Shown in pieces: positions 56,883 to 64,000 of a stretch of DNA of 64,000 nt. The notes beneath the pieces were generated by a model. It was not told the DNA's origin. It worked only from the letters and a program-made list of their open reading frames with translations, and did not search any database. The number at the start of each line of letters is the position of its first letter. The first letter of the stretch is position 1. The stretch spans positions 947 to 64,946 of the forward strand of contig JAWXBM010000107.1 of assembly GCA_034440115.1 (NCBI GenBank), in the 5' to 3' direction. The DNA comes from Lysobacterales bacterium (GTDB lineage Bacteria; Pseudomonadota; Gammaproteobacteria; Xanthomonadales; SZUA-36). The position numbers and the translations under genes were made by a program.

Positions 56883-59600
56883 ATGACAACCGAACAACAA
56901 CAGCAGCCCTTCCATGCACTCTCCGCGGTTGACGCACTGGCGGCCGTAGATGCGTCCACTGAAGGTCTGAACCATGATGAAGTAACGCGCCGACAGGAGG
57001 TTTACGGTCTCAATCTGCTGCCTGAGGCGCCGCGTCGAAATGCGTTCCTCCGGTTTCTGTCCCACTTCCACAATCTGCTTATCTACGTCCTGCTCGCCTC
57101 GGCAGCGGTGACCGCCGCACTGGGTCATGGAATCGATACCGGCGTCATCCTGGCGGTGGTTCTGGTCAATGCCCTGATCGGCTTCATCCAGGAAGGGCGC
57201 GCCGAACAGGCGATGTTGGCGATTCGCGGGATGTTGGCCCCGCGCTCTGCGGTGCTGCGCGACGGGCGGCGGACCAGCGTGGACGCGGCAGATTTGGTGC
57301 CCGGCGACATCGTGCTGGTCGAGCCTGGCGACCGGGTGCCAGCGGACCTGCGTTTACTCGAAGCGCGGGGGCTGTCCGCTGAAGAGGCGATCCTGACGGG
57401 TGAGTCGGTGCCCGTGTACAAAGGCACCGTGCCTGTCGACGCCGGGGTCGCGCTGGGCGATAGAAGCTCGTTGATGTTCAGCGGCACGCTCGTCGCCGCA
57501 GGCACAGGGCGCGGCGTGGTGGTGGCGACGGGGGCGAAGACGCAGATAGGCCGGATCAGCGGGATGCTCGCCAGCGTTGAAACACTAAGCACCCCTTTGG
57601 TGCAACAGATGGACATCTTTGCCCGCTGGCTGACGGTGTTCATTTTGTTGCTTGCAGCCAGCCTGCTTGTGTACGGTTATTTCGTCGATCACCTGCCATT
57701 TTCCGAGCTCTTCATGGCGGTGGTCGGACTCTCCGTGGCGGCCATTCCCGAAGGTCTGCCGGCGGTGCTTACGATCACGCTGGCGGTTGGCGTCCAGGCG
57801 ATGGCGCGGCGAAATGCCATCGTCCGCCGTTTGCCCGCGATCGAGACGCTGGGCTCGGTCTCTGTAATCTGCTCGGACAAGACCGGCACGCTCACGCGCA
57901 ACGAGATGATTGTCGCGACGCTTGCCGCGCACGAGCATGTCTATTCAGTTGACGGGAACGGCTACGCGCCTGCGGGGACCGTGCGACTCCACCAGGACCA
58001 TGCGGATCCAGCCATACATGAAGTGCTCATGGAGTTCGCCCATGCTGCAGGCCTCTGCAATGACGCGGTGCTGCACGGACACGCCAATGACTGGCGAGTC
58101 GAGGGCGATCCCATGGAGGGTGCGCTGATGGCGCTCGCGGGTAAGATCAGCGGTGAGGGACCGGAGCCGTTCCAGGAGTGGGCCCGCACGGACGCAATTC
58201 CCTTCGACGCGGTGCATCGCTATATGGCGGTGCTGCATCACGACCATGACGGGCATGGGTGCATCCACGTCAAGGGCGCTCCCGAGGCGGTGCTGGCTAT
58301 GAGCAGCAGCCAACGTATGGCAGATGGCGGCACGGAACCACTGGACCCGGACCATTGGCACAAACTGGTCGAACGCTTGGCTGCAGAGGGCCAGCGCGTC
58401 ATCGCCGTCGCATCGCGCAATGTGCCGCAGGACCACACCGTATTAAATACCTCTGATATTGAGGGGCATGTGACGCTGGTCGGATTGATCGGACTCATAG
58501 ACCCGCCGCGCCCGGAGGCGATCGACGCGGTCGCTGAGTGTCACGCGGCGGGTATCCGGGTAAAGATGATCACGGGTGATCATGCCGCGACCGCCCGTGC
58601 AATTGCTGGCCGGATCGGTCTGAAGAACACCCAGCGCGTTCTGACCGGCGATGATATCGAGGCGATGGACGACGCTGCACTTGCCGATGTGGTGGTCGGG
58701 ACAGACGTTTTCGCCCGAACCTCGCCCCGGCACAAGCTGCGCCTGGTAACAGCACTGCAGTCGCGTGGCCTGACGGTGGCCATGACTGGTGACGGCGTGA
58801 ACGACGCGCCGGCGCTCAAACGTGCCGACGCCGGGATAGCGATGGGCCTCAAGGGCAGTGAGGCGGCTAAGGAGGCGGCCGACTTGGTTTTGGCCGATGA
58901 CAATTTTTCCTCGATTGCGGCGGCGGTGCGCGAGGGACGCACGGTCTATGACAATATCAAGAAGGTCATCAGCTGGACCCTGCCGACCAATGCTGGGGAG
59001 GCACTGACCATTGTGGTGGCGCTCTTCCTTGGCCTGGCGTTGCCGATCACAGCGGTGCAGATTTTGTGGGTCAACCTCATCACCGGGATAACTCTGGGGC
59101 TGGCACTCGCCTTTGAGCCCAGCGAGCCCGGCAGCATGCTCAGGCAACCCCGCCCGCGTAACGAACCCTTGCTCAAGGGCGATTTAATCTGGCATATCGT
59201 TCTCGTTTCAGGCCTGTTCCTCGGTGCGGTTTTCGGCATGTTCACGTATGCGATCGACCGCGGCTACGATTTGGCGCTGGCTCAGACGCTGTCGCTCAAT
59301 ACCCTGGTAGTACTGGAAATTTTCCACCTCTTCTTTATCCGTAACATCTATAGCACCTCGCTGACTTGGAAAGCAGCCCGCGCCACGCCAGTGGTCTGGG
59401 CCTGCGTGATTGCGGTAACCGTGGCGCAGTTCGCCATCACCTACGCACCGCCGCTGCAGACGGTGTTCGGTACGCAGGCGGTACCTTTCCGCGACGGCCT
59501 GCTCGTCGTCGCTGTTGGCGCGGTGTTCTTCGCAATCATCGAGACAGAGAAGCAGATGCGCTTGGCGTTCCGGCGTTCGTCGATGACCGAAGAAGGTTAG
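56883..59600 (+). CDS. Cation-transporting P-type ATPase (P2-type, Ca2+/Mg2+-like)
   Basis: 'TGES' actuator motif, the phosphorylation site 'CSDKTGTLT', 'MITGD', and the hinge 'TGDGVNDAPALKRADAGIAMG'. The ATG at 56883 is chosen. Codon third positions look markedly G/C-richer than in neighbouring genes. Confidence 0.9.
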   Translation: MTTEQQQQPFHALSAVDALAAVDASTEGLNHDEVTRRQEVYGLNLLPEAPRRNAFLRFLSHFHNLLIYVLLASAAVTAALGHGIDTGVILAVVLVNALIGFIQEGRAEQAMLAIRGMLAPRSAVLRDGRRTSVDAADLVPGDIVLVEPGDRVPADLRLLEARGLSAEEAILTGESVPVYKGTVPVDAGVALGDRSSLMFSGTLVAAGTGRGVVVATGAKTQIGRISGMLASVETLSTPLVQQMDIFARWLTVFILLLAASLLVYGYFVDHLPFSELFMAVVGLSVAAIPEGLPAVLTITLAVGVQAMARRNAIVRRLPAIETLGSVSVICSDKTGTLTRNEMIVATLAAHEHVYSVDGNGYAPAGTVRLHQDHADPAIHEVLMEFAHAAGLCNDAVLHGHANDWRVEGDPMEGALMALAGKISGEGPEPFQEWARTDAIPFDAVHRYMAVLHHDHDGHGCIHVKGAPEAVLAMSSSQRMADGGTEPLDPDHWHKLVERLAAEGQRVIAVASRNVPQDHTVLNTSDIEGHVTLVGLIGLIDPPRPEAIDAVAECHAAGIRVKMITGDHAATARAIAGRIGLKNTQRVLTGDDIEAMDDAALADVVVGTDVFARTSPRHKLRLVTALQSRGLTVAMTGDGVNDAPALKRADAGIAMGLKGSEAAKEAADLVLADDNFSSIAAAVREGRTVYDNIKKVISWTLPTNAGEALTIVVALFLGLALPITAVQILWVNLITGITLGLALAFEPSEPGSMLRQPRPRNEPLLKGDLIWHIVLVSGLFLGAVFGMFTYAIDRGYDLALAQTLSLNTLVVLEIFHLFFIRNIYSTSLTWKAARATPVVWACVIAVTVAQFAITYAPPLQTVFGTQAVPFRDGLLVVAVGAVFFAIIETEKQMRLAFRRSSMTEEG

Positions 59601-59750
59601 GCAGGATGGCTTGAAGGCAGGCTGGTAATATGGCTGGTCTGAGAGAGTTGAAATCAGCCGGCACACGATACTATTGCTTTAATATTCTGTGCGACTATAA
59701 GAATCCAGCTATTCAGTAGCAGACCAATCACAAAAAATACGGGCCGTTTT

Positions 59751-62522
59751 ATGAATCGAATACCAAAGCTGGAATGGATCGCCATTCTCGTCCTCGCTGC
59801 CAACACTGCGCTTGCTGCAGAAGTAGACCCGTCTCCGGATCAGGCTGAAGCCGGATCCATCGCAGCCATCGCGGAATTCACCAGCGAAGCCCGTTTTGTC
59901 AGTCCCTGGGTTGCCTATGTTCCCGCCTCCACGACGGTACCGTCACCCACTTCAGTTTTAGGGCATGTGATTGGGGCACCGGGTGAACTGACGCATTCTG
60001 CGAAAATTGTCGACTACGTACGAAAAGTCGCGGCCAGTTCTCCACGTGTGCATGTAGAGACCATTGGGTTATCAGAAGAAGGTCGGGATATCGTCCTGGT
60101 CGTTATCGCTGATGAAGACGGTATCCGTAATCTGGACCAGCTGAAGGCAGCCAGTGCGGCACTGGCGGATCCACGCAACACCAGCCCGGAGCAGGCCAAG
60201 AAAATTATTGCCAGTGCACGCCCCGCTTACTATTTCAATTGCAATATCCATGCAGATGAAACCGGCAGCGGCGAAATGTGTATGGAGCTGATTTATCGCC
60301 TGGCTGTCTCTGAACAACCCATGATCAAAGCCATCCGCGAAAACCTTTTGGTATTGATCAACCCAGTGTCCGAACCTGATGGCCGCGACAAGGTGGTCGA
60401 CTGGTTTTATCAATACCTGAAAGGCAAAACGGATTTTGCTGCTCTGCCAAGGCAAAGCCCGCCTTATTGGGGTCGCTATGTTTTTGTCGACATCAATCGT
60501 GATGCACACCAAAAAGCCTTTGCGACCACACAGGCGGTAAGCAAAATGTATTTTGATTACCACCCGGTAGTGGTACATGACCTGCACGAGGCTATAGCGC
60601 TGCTGCTCTCCTGGAATGGAACCGGCCCGTACAACCCTCACATTGACCCCATTGTCACGACGCGCTGGCTGGAAATGAGCTTTCACGAAATGAGTGCCAT
60701 GAGTGGTATGGGGATGCCAGGGGTCTGGACCTGGAATTTCGGCGAAGGCTTTGGCCATCACTATCTGGACTCAATCGCCATCAATCACAACGGCATTGGC
60801 CGTGGTTATGAAACTTTTGGCAACGCAACCGCCGAAACGGTGACCCGGCAGCTTGAGCCCGAAGACCTGAGCCGCGAATGGTACCGCCCCTGGCCACCTG
60901 AACAAACTTTTTCCTGGTCCATGCGGGACAACGTGAATTATCAGCAAACAGGCGCCTTGGCCATACTCGACCGGTCGGCACGGCAAGCCAAAGAAATGTT
61001 GTGGGATTTTTATCAGACGGGCTACAACTCCTGGCAAAAAGGTATCACCGAAAAGCCCTACGCATTCATCATTCCAGCGCAGCAAGCGGATCGCTTGCGG
61101 GTTATGCAAATGATCAATCGTTTGCGCAAACAGCACATCGAAGTAGGCCAGCTGAAATCTGCAATCGCGCTGGAAGAAGGGCGCTTTGAAGCTGGCGATT
61201 ACATCGTGAAGCTCGACCAGCCATACCGGAATTTCGCAGTAGACGTATTACAGCCCCAGTATTTTCCGGAAGACTATGAGCAATTGCCGTATGACGATGT
61301 TAGCTGGGCTTATCCGGTGGGTTTTGATGTCACGACATTGCCAATCGAGGATGAGCGAGTAAAGCAACTTGAGATAAGGCTGCTGGAGAATGATGCCAGC
61401 GTGTCAGGGATAGTGCAGGGCAAAGGCCCCGTCTATCTGTTACGCGATCAAGGCCAAGAGTCTCTGCTTGCTGCCCGATTCCGATTGTCTGCCTTCAAAG
61501 TAGAAATAGCTGAACAGTCGTTTACTCAAGGCGAGATCGAATACCCACCTGGCTCCTGGATGATTTCAGCAGTGGCCGAATCGAATGCGAAGCAACTCAG
61601 CTCAACTTTAGAGTCTGTTAGCAAGGAGCTGGCCCTGGATTTTCACTCGACCGGTAAGTTGCCACAGGTACGGAGCCACGAAGCTGTATTGCCACGAATC
61701 GGCTTATGGGTGCCCTGGGCTGACACCGACATGATGGGTTGGATACGTTATGTTTGGGACCAACAGAAAATACCCTACACCTACCTGCGCGATGAGGATT
61801 TACGCGCCGGAGCATTGAAAGATCAGGTGGATGTTATCGTTTACGGGCCCTTTTCTCGTCTTGAACTAACAGGTCAAATTCATGGATTAGCCGCCACCAA
61901 CGGTCCCATCCCATTCAAGAGTACAACGCAATATCCCAGCCTGGGTGTTCCAGTGGCTTCGGACGATATAACCGGAGGTCCCGGCTACCTGGGATTGGCT
62001 CAACTTCAACAATTCGTCGAATCGGGCGGTGTGCTGCTGACGCTGGGGAAAGGCACCAGCCTGGCTTTGGAAGGTGGTTTGGTGCGGAATGTTGAAAGGC
62101 ACAACGACAGTAAAGTTTTTACACCCGGAGCAGAGCTGCGCGCGACTTTCCAACAAACAAACCACCCCATCGCTTACGGGTATGGGCCAGAAACCTCGAT
62201 ATTCCGGACCCAATTGCCGGTTTACAACACACCACGGCGCTGGATCACCATGGCCTATTGCACATCCTGCCTGACCGGACCAGAAGATACTCGGCACGTG
62301 GTCATGACCTGGGGCGGGCAAGCTGACATGCTGGTTAGCGGCGGCATGCATGGCAAAGCCGAACTGGCCGGTCATCCGGCTATTCTGGATATTCCTGCCG
62401 GTGCAGGCCACGTCATCACATACAATTTCAATGGCATCCATCGCGACATGAATCGCAGCGATTATCGCTTGGTGTGGAATGCCCTGATCAATTGGAACGC
62501 GCTGCCAAAAGATCGACCGTGA
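59751..62522 (+). CDS. Secreted M14-family zinc carboxypeptidase-like protein (large, multidomain)
   Basis: Signal peptide 'IAILVLAANTALAAE'. M14-like 'NIHADETGSGEMCMELIYRL' (H-x-x-E) and a downstream 'VVHDLHE'. Confidence 0.75.
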   Translation: MNRIPKLEWIAILVLAANTALAAEVDPSPDQAEAGSIAAIAEFTSEARFVSPWVAYVPASTTVPSPTSVLGHVIGAPGELTHSAKIVDYVRKVAASSPRVHVETIGLSEEGRDIVLVVIADEDGIRNLDQLKAASAALADPRNTSPEQAKKIIASARPAYYFNCNIHADETGSGEMCMELIYRLAVSEQPMIKAIRENLLVLINPVSEPDGRDKVVDWFYQYLKGKTDFAALPRQSPPYWGRYVFVDINRDAHQKAFATTQAVSKMYFDYHPVVVHDLHEAIALLLSWNGTGPYNPHIDPIVTTRWLEMSFHEMSAMSGMGMPGVWTWNFGEGFGHHYLDSIAINHNGIGRGYETFGNATAETVTRQLEPEDLSREWYRPWPPEQTFSWSMRDNVNYQQTGALAILDRSARQAKEMLWDFYQTGYNSWQKGITEKPYAFIIPAQQADRLRVMQMINRLRKQHIEVGQLKSAIALEEGRFEAGDYIVKLDQPYRNFAVDVLQPQYFPEDYEQLPYDDVSWAYPVGFDVTTLPIEDERVKQLEIRLLENDASVSGIVQGKGPVYLLRDQGQESLLAARFRLSAFKVEIAEQSFTQGEIEYPPGSWMISAVAESNAKQLSSTLESVSKELALDFHSTGKLPQVRSHEAVLPRIGLWVPWADTDMMGWIRYVWDQQKIPYTYLRDEDLRAGALKDQVDVIVYGPFSRLELTGQIHGLAATNGPIPFKSTTQYPSLGVPVASDDITGGPGYLGLAQLQQFVESGGVLLTLGKGTSLALEGGLVRNVERHNDSKVFTPGAELRATFQQTNHPIAYGYGPETSIFRTQLPVYNTPRRWITMAYCTSCLTGPEDTRHVVMTWGGQADMLVSGGMHGKAELAGHPAILDIPAGAGHVITYNFNGIHRDMNRSDYRLVWNALINWNALPKDRP

Positions 62523-62550
62523 TCTCTATCTGTGGAAATTGAAAACCAGC

Positions 62551-62587
62551 AAAAAAAGGCCCGCAATTGCTTGCGGGCCTTTTTTTA
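62551..62587. terminator. Bidirectional rho-independent terminator
   Basis: 'AAAAAAAGGCCCGCAATTGCTTGCGGGCCTTTTTTT': a 9-bp GC stem flanked by A7 and T7. Confidence 0.85.
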
Positions 62588-62589
62588 AA

Positions 62590-62639
62590 TGGCTCCCCGG
62601 CACGGATTTGAACCGCGGACCTAGTGATTAACAGTCACT
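62590..62639 (-). other. 3'-terminal 50 nt of a tRNA-Asn(GUU) gene (anticodon arm to CCA), lacking the 5' acceptor strand and D-arm; putative att site
   Basis: The reverse complement is 'AGTGACTGTTAATCACTAGGTCCGCGGTTCAAATCCGTGCCGGGGAGCCA'. It has anticodon loop CUGUUAA, a T-arm and an acceptor 3' strand. The sequence where the 5' half should be ('...GTTTTCGTGGTCACTCTTAA') cannot pair with 'CCGGGGA'. Confidence 0.7.
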
Positions 62640-62841
62640 TTAAGAGTGACCACGAAAACCAGTTTCAACCTTCTTCATGTCACATCAAATCAGTTCAATA
62701 ATTCTCAGATATATTCCTTTAAATGGCTATACAGAAAGCTTTATGGTTGTTTTGACTTGTTTCAGTCCGCTTCACGACGCATCATCTCAGTTGTCTGTAA
62801 GTCACTCGTTCAAGTAACCACCAGAGTGACCACAAGTAACC

Positions 62842-64000
62842 ATGAGGGTCAGCACAGAAATGCTTACTGATACAAAGTTGAAGAAGCTGAAGGGAAAGAA
62901 GTACGCCTACCGCATTTTCGATAAGACATTAGGTGATCCTGGATTTGGCGTGAGGGTTACACCTAACGGCCATGTCTCATTCTTTCAGATGTATCAAATG
63001 GACGGTAAGCGCCGATTCATGAATCTTGGAAGCTTTTCTGATTGGACCCTGGCAGAGGCCAGGGGCTCAGCTCGTGATGCTCGTAAGCAACTGGATAGAA
63101 GCGAAGATCCGCAAGACAATCGGGATGAAGCAAAGGTTGCCAAGGCTGAAGAGAAAGCACGGAAGAAGAGTAGAGGGACCGTTGATAGCCTGTTTGACAG
63201 CTACATCGAGTGGCTGGAACTTCAAGGCAAGCGGTCCGCCAGCCAAGTCCGACGGTTTAAGAAAGCCTATATCTCACCTGTCATTGGGGGATTCTATGTG
63301 GCTGACCTTGAACCTGACGATATAAGGGCTGTTCTTCGGCCAATAATTAGGCGTAATAAATTTGTGCTGGCAAATCGGGTTCGAGCTTACCTCGTCGCCG
63401 CATTGAATTTCGCTATCAGCTGGAAGGACAAACCCAATTACACCTCTAAGATACGTTTCGATGTTGTCATGAATCCTGCTCAGGTGGTAGACAAGCCGCT
63501 GAAGTCCGAGGCTCCTGGTGAACGGGTGCTGGAGGAGAAAGAGATCAAGGTTCTTTGGAAAAAATGGGAACTTGGGTTTCCGGGGGAGGTATTGCGCTTG
63601 ATTTTGGCAAGTGGTGGCCAGCGGGTGGAGGAAGCTCTACGTGCAGAGTGGAGCGAGTTCGATTTCCAGAAGTATTTGTGGACCCTCCCGGCAAACCGCA
63701 CTAAGTCCAATAGAGTTCATGTTGTGCCGATTACATCACTGATGGCGGAAGAGTTGAGCAAAATCAAAGCCCGACGTACACAGGAAGCCGAGGAGAGTGA
63801 AGCGAAAGACGGTATTAGCGCATTTCTATTCCCGGGGAAGGTTGAGTTAGGGCCATATCGGACCGACAGTCTGGGGCAGGCTCTACGGCGCTTCTGTGTT
63901 GATTATAAAGCTGAGTCATTTACGGCAACGGACCTCCGCCGCACGGTTAAGACTCAAATGGGCTTGCTGGGTGTGTCAAAAGAGATTCGAGACCGGTTAC
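62842..64000 (+). CDS. int: Tyrosine-type site-specific integrase (P4-like, DUF4102-type N-terminus), 3' end outside window
   Basis: Absent from the ORF track because it has no stop in the window. Manual translation: 'MRVSTEMLTDTKLKKLKGKKYAYRIFDKTLGDPGFGVRVTPNGHVSFFQMYQMDGKRRFMNLGSFSDWTLAEARGSARDARKQL...ILASGGQRVEEALRAEWSEFDF...WTLPANRTKSNRVHVVPI...TATDLRRTVKTQM'. The arm-binding N-domain, SAM-like core and catalytic Arg/Lys contexts are visible. Confidence 0.85.
   Translation, partial: MRVSTEMLTDTKLKKLKGKKYAYRIFDKTLGDPGFGVRVTPNGHVSFFQMYQMDGKRRFMNLGSFSDWTLAEARGSARDARKQLDRSEDPQDNRDEAKVAKAEEKARKKSRGTVDSLFDSYIEWLELQGKRSASQVRRFKKAYISPVIGGFYVADLEPDDIRAVLRPIIRRNKFVLANRVRAYLVAALNFAISWKDKPNYTSKIRFDVVMNPAQVVDKPLKSEAPGERVLEEKEIKVLWKKWELGFPGEVLRLILASGGQRVEEALRAEWSEFDFQKYLWTLPANRTKSNRVHVVPITSLMAEELSKIKARRTQEAEESEAKDGISAFLFPGKVELGPYRTDSLGQALRRFCVDYKAESFTATDLRRTVKTQMGLLGVSKEIRDRL

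Larger units (their letters stand above)
62590..64000. mobile_element. Left boundary of a tRNA-Asn-associated integrative island (continues beyond the window)
   Basis: A tRNA 3' fragment, an AT-rich leader and a P4-type tyrosine integrase. Composition drops abruptly after 62640. Confidence 0.65.

Noticed and set aside
62646-62870. 74-aa ORF between the tRNA-Asn fragment and the integrase (possible Xis/AlpA-like gene); also 63026-63325 and 63480-63710
   Set aside because: It has no RBS, low-complexity AT-rich coding, and it overlaps the integrase start. The latter two ORFs are out-of-frame or antisense within the integrase coding region.

Overview
The window looks like a chromosomal segment of a gammaproteobacterium. 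Its gene order is Pseudomonas/Enterobacteria-like, and most of it is conserved housekeeping synteny on both strands. The conserved blocks are: ihfA-merR-tRNA-Pro; mltD-gloB-yafS-rnhA-dnaQ; mltF/gltX; queG divergent from nnr-tsaE-amiB-mutL-miaA-hfq-hflX-hflK-hflC-yjeT-purA; tRNA-Leu/rnr-rlmB; rluB-scpB-scpA-yciO; yciI-bolA; queF; and smc-zipA-ligA. A more variable metabolic block follows (lipid kinase, SYLF, BKACE, TolB-PHP hydrolase, SpdH-like oxidase, P-type ATPase, M14 peptidase). Several small accessory or decaying patches are embedded in this core. (1) A ~1.4 kb, lower-GC two-gene cassette at 28.7-30.0 kb encodes a winged-HTH protein and an AbiEii-like nucleotidyltransferase with a 4-nt ATGA overlap. 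It is bracketed by a ~65-bp direct duplication of a terminator next to tRNA-Leu, and I consider it the best candidate for an uncharacterised TA/defence-type system. (2) A truncated HigB-2 gene with an intact HigA-2 gene sits flush against queF. (3) A decaying islet at 35.0-36.0 kb carries a frameshifted lipoprotein gene. (4) A symporter remnant lies at 54.3-54.8 kb. (5) A visibly GC-richer P-type ATPase lies at 56.9-59.6 kb. (6) At the right edge, a 50-nt tRNA-Asn 3' fragment is followed by a P4-type integrase that runs off the window, marking the boundary of an integrated island. There are also two REP-like repeat families, one expanded into a 21-bp minisatellite, and in-frame coding repeats in mutL, rluB and scpB. 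All functional calls rest on reading the translations and motifs by eye. No database search, GC computation or RNA folding was run.
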